Both the position numbers and the translations under genes were made by a program. A stretch of 64,000 nucleotides of DNA from NCBI GenBank assembly GCA_036172245.1, contig JAYWIR010000032.1:1922001-1986000 (forward strand), in the 5' to 3' direction. Shown in pieces: positions 1 through 13,099 of this stretch. Origin of the DNA: Raillietiella orientalis (Eukaryota). The notes beneath the pieces were generated by a model. That model ran no database searches and was not told the DNA's origin. It saw only the letters and a program-made list of their open reading frames with translations. Positions within the stretch are counted from its first letter, which is position 1. Every line of letters begins with the position of its first letter.

Positions 1-199
1 GCAGACAGCTCTCCAGCGAGGGGTATGAATGCTACCTACGCGGTGTCCAATCCTGCAACAGATCTTCCAGCGGTTTGCGTAGGAAATTCTAGCGATTACA
101 GTTCCTCTGGACGCACTTTTAAAGGGATGACCCAGGACCCCAGAGCTTCCTACTACAAGGAGTTTCAGTTTATGAGGCGGCAGCAGATCCACAGATGGG

Positions 200-700
200 C
201 TAGCGGTAGAAAGGACGGATGTCTCAGGTAGTAGCCGGACCCAGTCCTCCGGCGTAGGTTGCATGGTATCAGGGAAAGAAATTCTACGCTCCCAACGCAT
301 TGCTGGAGGATGTGGAATGCCGGAACACACCAGTGGGAGGACCACAGTTTCCTACACAGAGAGAGAATCGGAGCAGCTCCTGCAGTCCGATCTCCTCGAT
401 GGACAGGACTCCCAAGCCACCGCGCGCTTCCCACCGTAGTCCTCTACCCCGCCCCCTGCAAGAGCGAGGCACTGCCTCAGTTGCGCGGTATCGCGCATAA
501 CAGCTTCGGACGCAGAGAGAGAATTCACCCGCTCAGGTGTTACGTCGGTCACAGGTCAGAAATCAAGGCGTCTAGGTCCTTGAGCAGTTCATGCAGGGAG
601 TTGAAATTTCCCCATCTCTTGCATGCTTCCCCCTCCGAAACGGACTGGAGGGGACGATCATCCGCTGTTGTACAGATAAGTCGAGGATCTGAAGAAGAAC
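200..700 (-). mobile_element. L1/Tx1-clade LINE relic, AP-endonuclease part
   Basis: GNFNSL (GDFN-like) and GYYLRHPSFL (GYWKLNxSLL-like) remnants on the minus strand. Confidence 0.4.
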
Positions 701-734
701 GCGCTCTCTGCTCTGAATCGCGGTCGCCACAGCT

Positions 735-1671
735 GGTTCCGGTCTCACCAGAGGAGGAGCCCTTCCTCGACCCGACGTTGCCCACGAGATCGCAAGCGCG
801 CACGGCTACGCAGCGCGGAGCACGTGCCTGCCTCGCAACGCCTCTTCCGAGCGCTTTCGCGCCTCGTGGCTGGTCCTCGAGGCAAGGGACTTGGCACCCT
901 TGGCCGCCACCCGACACGGACGCTTCCGAGCTCCGCGGCGTGCGCACGGACACCTCTTTCCGTCCTCGGTCCACCTGCAGCCGCTTCCTGCCTTCACCGC
1001 GTGGGATAATCGTTGACGCGCCTGCTGAGGAAGACATGTTGTTGAGCGCACCGGCCCTGCCGAGCCCCCGACGCCCGAATCAGGTCCAGAATCGCCCCGC
1101 ACTTGCAGCCTCCTCTGTGCCTCTCGTACAGCAGCCCTCCGTGCTCCTGGGTCCGGTGGGGCAAGCCCTTTCTCGCGGGAACAGCGCTCGGCGACCGGTT
1201 GTCGGGCAACGGGCCAGGGAAAACGCGGACGAACTGCGATGCGTGCAAGCGAGCTGGACGAAGAAAAGGCCGGGTTCGCCGCAGAAGCGGTGAACCGCCG
1301 CGGCACCGTTCTGGTCGCCATGACGACGGAGTCCGTTCTGGATTCCGCGTTCGAAATCTGGGAATCCACCCTTGCGTGTCTTCTTGTTCCGGCGGTGTCC
1401 ATCACGCCCATGTGCCTGCCCCTGGCCGACGCGCCGTCGATCAAAGTCGCGTGTCGCATGACGACGGAAAGCGGACCTCGGACGGGTCCTGTGTCCTGCG
1501 CATGCATGGGTGTACCGTACATTTCGTTTCACCCCGTAACGTTCCTTTGACACTTTTGTGTATTCATCACTGGCATCGCGTGATGGCGTGGCTGAGGTGT
1601 TGCGTTTGCGTTGCCGATGGCACTTTGCCTCTTTCACGATTGCAAATGCAAACCAACAACACTGCATTGCA
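735..1671 (+). mobile_element. L1/Tx1-clade LINE 3' relic; near-identical to 41090-42023
   Basis: Direct copy at offset 40352 with only a few substitutions. Degenerate C-terminal motifs such as SAFEIWES. Confidence 0.55.
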
Positions 1672-1679
1672 GTCCTGAA

Positions 1680-2350
1680 CCCGCCACGGCAGACCTTTTA
1701 GAAGGAAGGCAGATGGAGACGGAAGCGGCACCTCGTTGCATTGCGCTGGCTGGGAATGGAGCTTTCTGGTCGTCTTCCCCGCGGGTCTTTCTTTCCTCCT
1801 CCAGTCCTCCCAAGACGGACACCCCTCCAGATTTGTTCTCTTTGGTCTAGGCGATCAAGATACAGCTCGCAGCTTCCGTTACTCTAAGCACGATCGCTCT
1901 TGGATCGAGGATCCCACTGAGATCCGACGGCGGAAAAACGGCAGCACTGATGGCATCGTTCTTTCGCGGGGATTGGTGGGTATCCCCATCATCGTATCGA
2001 GGCGCTTGGAACACCCATCATCCTCTGGGATATCACTCACCTCCCTGCTTCTTCGAGGTGGGAAAATGCACGAAGAGTCCAGTTAGAGACGAAGTTTCCT
2101 AAATGCTGTTTGAAGTATCTCAGTTGATCTTTTCTCTTCCCAGGTGTTTCTACAAGAGCCAACACCATGCTCCTTCGTCTTTTAATAGCTCGTGATGCGG
2201 GACGGAGCACTTCATCCTTTACCGTGCATTGTGCAGAGACCACCAGTCCGATGATGGCGCCACAGTGGATGAAGCCACGACGTGTCCGTCGTCCGTTACA
2301 CCTTTGAGGACCTGCCAATGCGTTTTTCCGAGCACCGGACATGCCTTCCG
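1680..2350 (-). mobile_element. Penelope-like retroelement relic (RT C-terminal part)
   Basis: GIPTNPRERTMPSVLPFFRRRISV and AVS*SPRPKRT resemble the PLE RT motifs IxFTxExE...LPFLD and VYRKPT. Confidence 0.45.
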
Positions 2351-2869
2351 CAGCCGCGACCTTGCTCTTTGTCCGCTTTTTGGTGTCGTCACGACTCCAG
2401 AGGGAACCTCTCCGACCTAGGAAAGAGACTTTCGCCCTGAAGAGTTCGCCATGGTTCGCCAGGGCTGCGAAGTGACCTCAACAGTGCCCCGGCAGGGAGG
2501 ACGAGTGCTGGTCGCCTCCTCCCAGCAGTTCTGCAGCTCAGATCAAGGCGATACTCTTTGGACAGCGTGCCAACAGTCCATTCGACTCTGCTAGGACGTA
2601 CCTCCCGCATGGCAGGTGAACTTCCCAACGCGGACAGGCGAACCATTTGCCCCAAACGAACGAGAAAGTCTGGGATTAGACGGGAAATACAGAGGCGAAG
2701 GGACTTTCTTCGTTTCTGGAACTTTCCTCCCATCCACCCTGGTTCCGCCTTCGTGCTGTGCACTTTTTCTTAAAGAAAAAAATACAGGAAAAATGCCAGT
2801 AGCAACCTCACGAGGTTGCTATGTTGGTCTAAGATGATTATCACCCGGTTATACCGGGGTATGTATTAC

Positions 2870-4950
2870 GTAGACTAAGAATGCATTGGTGTGGTAGAAC
2901 CCTTGGTTCCTACCACGTGCGATGTACTTTCTGGAGAGCTGGTGCGCAAATCGGTGAGGCCCGCTTCGTCAGTGTGGGGGGAGGGGAAACAAAAAGAAAT
3001 ACACAAAAACAGAGAGGAAGCTGCATACGAGGAGGGGGAACCACAGTATGCTGACCGGAGCCCTCTGCATCCTATTCAGGATGCTGACAAGTTCCGTCCG
3101 TGTCTCGCCCAGACTAAGCCATCTCGAGACGGTCCACAGCAATATACACGCCCAGTGAATGGCCTGCCATTTCTGCTTCTTCTTCACGCGTTCCAGACCT
3201 CTGTGATCCCACAAGCACAGCATAGGACTGAGACTGGCGGCAGTGAGCACCACGCGCGAAGAGGCGTCTGAAAATGTCCCTGGAGCTGCCAACCGAAGTT
3301 CCTAGGATCATCACCAGGCAATCCCAAAGGGGTTGGAGGTCAGCACAGTCCAGCAGTAGTTGCGGGGAAGTCTTCTTCTTCCCGCACCTCTCTCTCTGAG
3401 CGTCCAAGCTCCCTCGAGTCCGGTGACGTCGGCGGGCGTTGCAAGGGAGGCCTCAATGCAGCAGCAGCAACGCTAACTCCTGTAACTTGAAGAGAAAGGC
3501 TCCACTGTTCCAGCACGCTGGGGGCCACTTCGCGGCAAGTTCAGGATGTCCAGCTGCTTCTCCCAGCGTAAAAGTCCTTGAGGTGGGACAATCGAGGTCG
3601 CACCATCCGTCACCTCCTGAGTTGTCGGCAACACTCGGTGCCACGCGCGGAGATCACAGCCACACGGCCGCCAACACGGAAACTTCTTGCGTCGCGGAAT
3701 CTGAATCACGTCATCCAAGTTCCGCTTCGCTCCATGCAGTCCAACTCCCACGCAGCAGCATTGAAGAGGTCTCATTAACCACTCCAGCCCACCGTTTCGG
3801 CCCACAGCTAATCCACGAACTCACCCGCTCCAGCCTGTTGCGCTCCGTGAAACCCTCCTCATCCCACACCCATAGTTGCTGCCACGGTGCTTCCAACCCT
3901 CTTGACCCTTTTCAACATTCCAATCCAACATTTAATCGATGGACGCGCTCACAACAGCTGCAACATCCTCCTTTCAAACTCCTTCGAGACCATTCAATCC
4001 CCAGAAAACCCTAAAGTACTCGGAATTGCAACCGAGATGCAACATCTCCTCCTCCTTCCCACCGTCCTTCCATTTCCACCCGTCACCAGCGCGGAATGCC
4101 CGTCGGCAAACGTCGACACCAAACCCACGCACAGCAGAGTCACCCTTGGCACCACCGCCGACGTCTCGCCGATTTCTTCCGGGATCGCCTTCACTTGATT
4201 CGACAACGCGTGGGCGGGTCTCCAAGGAGGCGTCTCGGAGACTCCCCAACGCGTTGCCGGCAGCGCGAAGAGTGGCTCGATTCTCGCTTCGAGGACGCGA
4301 TGGCGCCCCCTGGCGAGTGGAGCACGGGATTCTCCTTCCGGTCTTTACGAACTCATCGAAATGATGCTGCACGAACCTGCGACGATTCACAGAGGTCTCG
4401 TGCAGCCTCCTCGTCGATGCCGTGTAAGGCCCGACCTTCTCTCCTCGTCCCTTTTTGCCAACCTGGGAAGATATCGACTGGGATGAAGAGGAGGCACGAG
4501 ATCGCTCCACGGAGGCCACTGCGCAACGGTGGCCGACGCAACTGAAGCCCTCCGAAAGCGGGGCAGGAATCTTCGGCGAAGACGGAACTTACTCTGAATG
4601 CTGCAAGTCTTCTCGATCCCCAAGTTCCTCGAAATTCCATCCTTCTTCTGCTGCAGCAGCAAAGGTGAGGGGGTCTCTTCAGCGTGGTGCAGTGGAGTCT
4701 CTCCCCGCGGGCTTTCCAAGAGGTGGTCAAGTCGATCCCTCTTGAGAAGAGCGAAGGACTTTTTCTCTTCCACTCTATCGGTCACCTGCTCGCAGGCAAT
4801 CTGTGGCCGCAGCATCAAGGTTCCAGCTACGGGCGCCTCACTGAAGCTCGAAGTCCACTGAGGTGGACAGAAGTAGCAGTGACGAGAGTGTGATCGCTGG
4901 GTGTTCGGTGACCCCACCTGCAAGCGAAGAATTTCGTATGTTTGGATAGG
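2870..4950 (-). mobile_element. L1/Tx1-clade LINE relic with C-terminal zinc-finger region and 3' UTR
   Basis: VPPQGLLRWEKQLDI..KWPPACWNSG..LLLLH and CGKKKTSPQLLLDC..LW. The 3' UTR (CATCGCACGTGGTAG..CAAGGGTTCT..CACCAATGCATTCTTA) is shared with 9600-9650. An endonuclease SDH motif lies near 4890. Confidence 0.7.
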
Positions 4951-6409
4951 GATGTTCCTTATTCCTCAAATACTTTTCTGTTGGAAGCAGCGTCCTTTTC
5001 CCATCCGAGAACCCCGTTCTCGCGGCAAGGTTCTTGGGTTCGCGCCTGGAGCATTCTCACGGGAATCCTGGATCGAGAGCATCCACCTCTCAGATGGATC
5101 ATCTCTCGCCTCGGAATGACGAAGGGATGCGGTGGATTCCTTTCCTTTGGGGCGGGAACGGGAACACGTGGCTGCGCATGGAGCTGGAGCATTCTGCAAT
5201 CGTCACTGACGTGGATCAGTGGATTCGTTTCCATGGCCCTTGATGATGCATGATTTGTTGGGAAGTCCCCGGCTGCCAGTGCAGCACGATCTGTCGACGG
5301 ATGGAGCTCGCGAAGGAAGCCTCGATGAAGAAGGGAATGCGGCGTTCATGAAGGAACGTCTGGGGGAAAACAGCGAAAGGGCGCAAGAAGTCAGCCGACG
5401 CGACGACCGCAATGCGGCCGTTCCGTTTCCAAGCAACCCCGCTCTTGCTGCGCCTGACATCCAGGGGACGACGTCGGGGATGATTGCAAAGGAGCCAATT
5501 TTGGACCCTTCTCGCTCGTTCGAACCCCTTCCAGATTGAAGCTCCCGGTTCATCTCGCCGTAGCGTTCCATGAGGACCAGTTAAATTCCCATCGAGCGTT
5601 TATGGTCCCGCATCTGCTTGGATACGGTTTCGTGAATCTGCCCGGGCAGCCCTGCTCCGTTGCGTTCTGTGCTGATGCAGCCTTCTCCACTCTGCCAGAA
5701 CGTTCTCGAATTCTTCTTGGGTTGCATCAGCAGCTCGGTGGCTCCTCTTTCTTCATCCTCTCACCGCCCTCGCCCCCCCCCCCTTCTATTTTTATTCAAC
5801 GCTTCCCGATTGCACCTGAGGCTACCATCGCCCCCCTGAATCGTTCCATTTCCCACCAGGGGAAGGTACCACCCACTTTGGGAATAACTGGTCTAAATCT
5901 TCTCGTTATCAGAGGAGCTGGAGCAAATGGTGAGAAGAATCTCTCCTGCCTCTAGGTGTGAGGCGACATGCTTGATTGCTGTACTCTCGCTTCCACGGAT
6001 AGGTACGACGCCTTGGTAGGGAGTCTCGAGAAGGCTGCTAGTGGACAATGGACTCTGGTATGTTGCGACCACTTGCTGTTACCACCCGATCATTAAGAGG
6101 ACTCGGACCGTGGTACTCTCAGTCGGAAGGCTTAGACTGTGAAGACACTCGCTAATTTCTTCCGCATGGTGGGAGTGTCCGCCGCCTGCATACGGCAAGG
6201 TGGGAAGTGATGTGCTGCACGGCGGCAAAGACGAAACTTCTGGGAAAGTGGACAACTCGGGAGGTGGCGGACGATGCGAACACAAGTGTCCCACATTAAA
6301 GGGCATCTACGCTGGGGAAAGAGCTGCTCGACATGCCTCCGGAGAACGCGATGTGGCCCTTGCGTGCTGGAACTGTGGTGCCCACCCATCAAGCAGCGGG
6401 ATTTGGAGC

Positions 6410-7400
6410 TGCTAGTGGTGCCTCATGGAGGGGGAGGGGGAATTCCATGATGTCTCCTGCCCGCATAGGATAAGAAAGGTACTGGGGATGCCGCCGCCGA
6501 AATCACGGAGACGGGATATCAGGTCATGATCATAGAGACCCTGAAGACTCCTGAAGTTTGTCTCCGCTGGAGCTGAAGGATAGGAGAGGCATTGAGCGTC
6601 GGGAATATTTGGAACACTCACTGATTTTTCATTCTCCCGCCGTTTTCGGAGAAGAGTAGACGATCCACTTTTAACATGAAGAAGAGGGGAGCTCGTCGCG
6701 AGAGGGACGAGGAGAAGCCGGAGCTGAGAGGACGGGAGAGCTGCAGATTTCTATCCGGATCCGTGACGTGCATGGGAAGAAGATCTGAGCCCTTGATCTC
6801 GAGTCCTAAAATTCCGCAAGTCCGCAGTTCGTCCCTTTTCGTCGTTCACCACAAATTTTCTCTTCTTTCCCAATGCTTTTTGTTCGGAAGAAGAAGAAAG
6901 GAGGGAGAGAGGGGGGTCTGAAATTTCATGGCAGAAATCCCTTATAACATCCTCCTCTACGTACAGACAAGGTGACGACCCTTCGATCCTTCGGCGGTTT
7001 TCGGTCCGACAGAACGACGAAGCAGAGTTGCCACCCATCCTTCCCCCTGTGCTGAAGTTTCCGCTCTCGTTGATCCCAACATCTTCGCACTTTGACCTCA
7101 AGGATCTCAGCAAGAGCAGAGTGCACTTCGGGAACTGCATAAGTAGGCTTTCAGGATGCACAGCCCGTGCGAGTCGAATAGCATGGAGGAGGGAGGAATC
7201 CAAAGTTTAGACGACCATCTGTGTGGTTTCCAAACAGGTCTCATGATCTTCCCCTCGCGGTCAGTTCACGAGAGGCTCTTAACACTGACACGGAACGGCT
7301 GCGTACTTCCCATCTCTTGCCCTCCGAAGTTTCTCTGCTTGTAAAGAGGCGTTTAAATATCCGCTTGGCCTCAAATGGTGAACAGTGCGGAACTGTTTAG
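6410..7400 (-). mobile_element. L1/Tx1-clade LINE relic, RT N-terminal part
   Basis: KGRTADLRNFR (KGxxxDLKNWRP-like) and FRSLQGLYDHDLISRLRDFG (DFxKAFD..H..L..FG-like). Confidence 0.5.
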
Positions 7401-7509
7401 GACCATTTGCGACGCACCACTCCCAGGGTCAAAGAGTTTTCGGTCTTTGCAGGAAAAGAAGGAAGCAAAAAACGGAACGGATATCTTATTGGGAATCTCT
7501 CAGACCAGC

Positions 7510-7700
7510 GTTGGAGACCGCGTGGCTGTGCTCCGTGCCAAGCGTTGCGTGTTCGAATCCCCACGTGAAGGGTCGACGCAAGAGAGTGGAGGAGCGACCA
7601 TTTCTCATTGAGGGTGCGTCATGGGTTTCGAGTTCCACCCGCAAAATGACGCTGGGTGACCTATTCCTGTGCTGCTGTGGTTGACATCCAGTCACGCCGT
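7510..7700 (+). mobile_element. Family A head fragment
   Basis: GTGCCAAGCGTTGCGTGTTCGAATCC (B-box at 7551-7560) then GGGTTTCGAGTT..ATGACGCTGGGTGACCT. Confidence 0.6.
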
Positions 7701-7959
7701 GGCGTTTATTTATAAAATAAACCAACACGTCTGTGGCAGGACGTTTGGTTTCATCTGAGCGATAAAAGCAAACATTGGCTACGAGACATGGAATAGATGT
7801 TTTAAGAGAGATCCATCAAAATTCTTGAACTTGGGGACCGAGGCTGAGTGAACTGAAAGCTCGAAGAAAATCGTAGCCAGCATGGATGCGAAACGCTCAT
7901 GCAGGACATTATTCGAAATACAAAGGACGTTTGATCCAGCCACTTTACTTGTAGCTACG

Positions 7960-8435
7960 AAAAGGAACCTGCCCGGAACTGGCAGGCAGGACAGCCGGGT
8001 TCACCTCGACAGCACAGGAGGAGGAGAGGAAAAAACAAAACAAAAAACATATAGTCAAAAAAATGGCGGGGAGGGGGTTCGGTAAGGGATCACTGCGTGC
8101 TGGAGGGCGTCCTCTGCATCCTTGTAAGGATTCTAGCAAGTTTCTGTTTTATGGTTCCCAGATGGGGCCATCTTGACGCTGTCCTCATGGAGAGGACAGA
8201 AAAATAGATGGCGTCCCTGTCGTTCTAGCCTCCCCTGATGTTGCTCCATGCAGTCACGATTCCGCATGGGCAGCGCAGTGCTGCTGGGGATGCGACCTGC
8301 CGGCGTGAGGGTGTCGTGCAGGAAGAGGCGCTTTCAAACGTCTCTGGCGTTGCCGTCGGGATTCCAAGGGTCATGGCAACGCATTCCCAAAGGGTCTGGA
8401 GGGCAGCACAGTCCACTAAGATGTACTGAGCTGGT
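7960..8435 (-). mobile_element. L1/Tx1-clade LINE 3' end relic
   Basis: YILVDCAALQTLWECVAMTLGIP...SPAALRCPCGIVTAW plus a T-rich 3' UTR, homologous to 9130-9560 and 37170-37620. Confidence 0.7.
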
Positions 8436-8784
8436 GGAAACCGGGAAACGGTTGCCCCCAATGTGGGGTTGGGGTTTGAAGTTAACTCTCCGAGGTCCTT
8501 CCAGGAATCAAGGTCTTTCGAGGTTCCCCTATAATGCTCAAGAGGAACGGAGTGCTTCTTCCGGAGCCTTGCTGGAATCATAGAGTGGTTCCTACGGGAT
8601 CACCCCCTATAAATTGAAGCGTACACACACCCTCGGGGTAGGGTGGACAGTAGTAAAAAGCTTTGTGAGTCCCTCCGAAGGATGCGAACGGTTCTTCAGC
8701 ACTGGGAGAACCAAAGAAGATTTTAAAAAAGAGGTGAAAGGAAAGCAGAGAAGCAGAAGAACCTAAAGGGATTTCCTTCCCTAA
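8430..8784 (+). mobile_element. Family A 5'-truncated copy
   Basis: GGTCCTTCCAGGAATCAA..GTGGTTCCTACGGGATCACCCC..GTTCTTCAGCACTGGGAGAACC..TTCCCTAA. Confidence 0.6.
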
Positions 8785-9670
8785 CAGGCGCAAGGGACAG
8801 CGCAATCCCGGATAAGTGGGAAGTGACGCGCTGCATAGCAGCAAGCAAGAAACTTTTGGATGGGTGGACAACTTGGAAAGTGACGGGCGCTGCTACTCCG
8901 AGTGTGCCACCTCAAGGACTTCCACGCTGGGGAGAGCTGCTCGACATCCCTCCGGAGGAGGAGGTGAAATGGCCCCCACAGTGCCCGAACAGTGGCGCCT
9001 TCCCCTCTAATGGTGGGAGTTGGCGTTGCTGGTGGTGCATGGTGGAATCCCGTGCAAAGCGCGGCTTCACCACAGGACACCGGGAAGTGAGGGTGCTCAG
9101 TGAGACAGGTGCGGGAAGAAGGAGACCCTCCGCATCTGCTGGTAAACTGTGCTGACCCCCACCCCCTTTGGGATCGTCTCGTGACGGCCCTAGAAATCCC
9201 CGGTAAGCAGCCCCAGGGACATTTGCAGACGCCTCTTCGCGTGTGGCGCCGCACGCCGGGTCCAGCCGCATCCCTCGCGGTTCTCTGCTGTCTGCGAGGG
9301 ATCACAGCATCCTGGAATGCCAGAAGGGGAGTCCAAAATGACAGGAACGCCCTTCATTGGGCGAGGATCTTCCTGAGGACCACCTAGAGATGGTTCCACC
9401 TGGGTGAAACACGGACGGAAATTGCCGGTATTCCGAACGGAATGCAGAGGAACGCCTGGCAGCGTACTGTGATCCCTTCCCTGTGTAGAATTCACCCTCC
9501 CCTGTTTTTTGTTTGTTTATTTTTGTTTTGTTCTTGTTTGCCTCTCTCCCATGCTGCCGAAGCGGACCTCGCCGGTCTGAGCGCACCGCCTTTCGGCAGG
9601 TTCATCGCACGTGGTAGCACCAAGGGTTCTGCACACCAATGCATTCTTATTACTCCACTTAATAAATTCT
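8785..9670 (+). mobile_element. L1/Tx1-clade LINE 3' end relic
   Basis: VPPQGLPRWGELLDIP..VKWPP, PHLLVNCADPHPLWDRLVTALEIP, LCCLRGITASW, then a 3' UTR ending near AATAAA at 9661. Confidence 0.75.
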
Positions 9671-11399
9671 CTGCATAACTGGGTGATCATCGTCCTAGAT
9701 CAACACTAACAGCCTCCTCGTGTGGTCTTTCCTGGTCTTGTAATAAAAAGACAAAAAAGTTAAGAAGCGAAAGTTGGCTTCCGTTCCATCCACTTCGTTG
9801 TTCTCAGTAATACTGTTTGTCACAGGTCATAAAATCGTCCTTTGATGTAAGTTGTTGGCATTCATGGATGTCATTGCATTTATTTTGGATTCACGATTGG
9901 ACTCCTTCTATAAGGAATGCAAAAGAAAAAGTGCTCAAGGAGGCATCTTTTTGTGCATCCCACGCGTATGGTTGCACTTCGTCTTACAGTGTTCACCTGC
10001 AGGAAGTTTTCCAGTGGTGAAAAAGACAGGGACCAGTGGCTATTCGAATCCTCTGCATCCAATCCATCTGCAAATAAATACGCGGATCCGTGCCATTTCC
10101 GTCAATTAAGAAGAAGCCAAACGGTGGGAGCAGGCAGTGCGTGGTGACTTTCAGCAGCCGCCTGCGTTCCTGAGTGCGTCCGGGTGTTCGTTCCAGCCGC
10201 AGGATACCGTTTTGCTGGGATTTCAGGAGATCCCTGCGTTCACTAAGCAAAGCTAGTGTAGAGGGATCGAGGAAAAGGAATTGTCCCCGATTGCTTAAGG
10301 TGGAGCATCATCACTGTCCCGCCTCACAGAATCCTCTGCACCAGAGATATTCATCCTCAGCTGGGTCGCGCCAACCTTTTTCGTACGCATTTCCCAGAGG
10401 CAGCCGTTCTTGTGTGCTGCTGCTGCTTTCTCGCATGAAGAATGGTACTATTGATTGATGACAAATCAGGAGATTACCCTAGACAAATTGGTCTTCAGCT
10501 GCTATGGAAGTTGCTGATGGAAAGGAAATTATTTCCAAGGGATGTCGGCTATTATTGGTGACATGTAGCAGTTTTCCATTAACAGCTTTTGTACTTCGAT
10601 ATTCATTTTTTTGCCACTGAGTAGACTCGGCTTCTCATAGTGCATTACTTCATAAAGTAAGGAACACACTCACACCCTTCTGAAACGGAAACTAACCAGG
10701 CAAGGAATTAGAAAAATTAATATAGAACGCTATATATTTCTAATCTGTGTGCTCATTCTTTTTTCTTTTTTTTTTTCGGGAAGGGCAGCGCTTTTGTTTT
10801 TATTTCCCCTGGGCAGCTGGTGAAATCCTCATTTATCACTGAATAACGTCGTTTCACCATAAATCAAAAAACCCGTACGCTCTGTTTGCATACCTGCCAT
10901 CTATAATTTGTTTTCGGAAGCTTAGAGGAATCCCCAATAAGGCGAGCACTATCGATTGGATTCCTCACGCCAAAAATATTCTCTAGAGCTATGATTGAGA
11001 ACGTGAGCAGGTAGCCAAAGTATTTTTTTTTTTCCTTCCTCCTTTTTTCTTCAAGTAGATACGAAATCCAAAAGTTTACCTAGTGTGCAATTGCCGTAGA
11101 CGGAAATCGATCAAAAGCAAGGTGGAAATCAATGAAATGGGCATTCATCAAAGTAAATCAGAAAGCACCTACTGCAATGCTGGAGAAGGGGAAAAGAAAA
11201 AACAAAACAAAAAAACAAAAGGAGAAAAAAAGAAAAGAAACCCGAAACGTATGTGATCGATTAGCCCATACACGTCGGGATTACCGAAAAAGCACGAAAC
11301 CAATCTCTTCCGGTGATCGCATTCGAAGGTTTCACATCACCCGTTCCGCACCTCTCGTGAAAAGAGCCATCCCGGCCAGTGAAACCCACACAGCTTGTC

Positions 11400-11760
11400 C
11401 CAAGTTCTCCACCCAGAGCCCATTCCGTGCTGGGGAGCGAACTTTGTACCATCTCTTCCCGTCTTTGAACCATTCCCGAACTAACTATCCATCGCGTGTA
11501 TTTTCCTTTGGCTCGCCACCAAATATATACGTACATATTATTTCATTGATCCATAAATTGCGGATTCATAGGTGTGCCGAATGCCGCAAAGGAGTCACCT
11601 TCTTTATGGATTTGCCTTTGCATCTCCTTCATTTTCCTGCGGTGATTCCTCTAGGCACATACGCAGTGAGCTCCGTTACTTTCCGTGAGAATCACGTTGT
11701 ATCAAAGATCCTGATGAAGCATGGCTCCCGTAAGTTTCCGCAACCAGGAGACGTCCGTAA
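11400..11760 (-). mobile_element. Possible Ty3/gypsy integrase C-terminus or chromodomain relic
   Basis: LVREWFKDGKRWYKVRSPARNGLWVENL resembles a chromodomain core. Only weak supporting motifs upstream. Confidence 0.3.
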
Positions 11761-13099
11761 GTTTTAAGACTGCGTTCCTTTCTTACGGCCGTCCCGGGTA
11801 CGTACGCCTTGCAACGGCGCGCGGCGGGACCATGTACCACGTACCTTCCTCACCCAAAGGGTTAAGGAAGGGACGTGGTACCTTAACCCTTTGGGTGCGG
11901 AGCTCATCAGATTCAAACGTTCCGTGTTGACCGCACGCGGAATGGACGGAACGCTTTTTGGCGTACCGCGTGCTCTGCCGAGGTACCCACCGCATTCATA
12001 AAGTTCTAGTTCAAGTTACCACTGGATTTGTTTACTCACACCACATGAAATGAAACATTTTCATCTTTCCCGAACATGTATTATTTACTTTTTCAAAATT
12101 AGAATCGGAATTCCAATAAAATCAGTAAGTTCACTTGGGCGTTCTCCAATGTAATCAATCATATACGACACAACTCTAATATTATGTTATTCCCGGTTTT
12201 TCAGAGGGGCGACCCTGGAAAACCGAGGATAATTAGCCTATATAAATAGAACTTTGTTTACTGTCGTTACTAAGGGAACTGCGAGGGCGTAAGCGTGTGT
12301 GTCCGTGTCAAACATGGACGGCGTTGATTTGTGTCGCGCGTGTGAGGTGAAAAAAGCATTTGCCAAACGCATGTGTGGGTCCACAGTCCACGCCGATCAT
12401 TTTCGCCGAACCCATACAAACGGTTAAGTGGTATAGAAATCAGAATGGCTGCGCGTTCCGCGCTGCTCTGTGTTTTTCGCCGCCCCTCTGCAGGAATTTC
12501 TAGATGGACGTGAAGGAGGAGGTGGTAGGCCGGCTTCGGAAGGAGTGCCATGGGTACAGAGGGCTCACGGGGACGAAGCCACGGATCCAGTCCAGAACAT
12601 CTGGGAGGCGCGCGCGGCCTCGAGGCGGGAAGTCGGTCTGTCGCCGAAAGCACCTGCTGCTGCCCAGCTGAGGGGCGAGAGCCGACGGCGACGTCGCAGA
12701 ACCGCGCAAGAAGAGGACCGGCGACCGACCCCCCGAACGGGGGATGGGTGGAGACTCGCAAGAAGCTGCGCCGTCCTGCACGGAGGATTTCAAGGGACGA
12801 GAGAGCTGCGCCCGCGCGACTTGGTCCCGCTTTTCCCTCCCACAACTCGTGGCTCCAGAACAGACCTCGGCGTCTGATTCTTCAATTTCTGAAAGCCCAC
12901 GGGCCCCGCCTGGCACCACGGGCGACGAGCAGATGGCTGTCACAGGGCGTGCGAATGAGGTCCCTGGGAAGGACTGCGCCGGTGCCATCGAGGAGTTAGA
13001 GCCCTTTGCCAAGCAGTGCATCCCGTTTTGAACAAACAGGATGAAAACCACGTTCCCTGTTTTTTTTTTTTTTTTTTCTTTCCTTTCTAAGTCCCAGTG

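Noticed and set aside
259..1293. 344-aa ORF (and its 297-aa twin at 40752-41645) as a protein-coding gene
   Set aside because: Arg/Pro/Ser-rich reading across two unrelated LINE relics. Its apparent conservation only reflects the recent DNA duplication.
8575..8765. hAT transposase dimerisation motif in family A (SPSEGCERFFST)
   Set aside because: A short resemblance in one copy only. The frame and key residues are not kept in the other copies (39.8, 54.1 and 55.8 kb).
11895..11912. Hammerhead ribozyme (CTGATGAG on the minus strand next to the long hairpin)
   Set aside because: No correctly placed stem II closing pair and GAAA.
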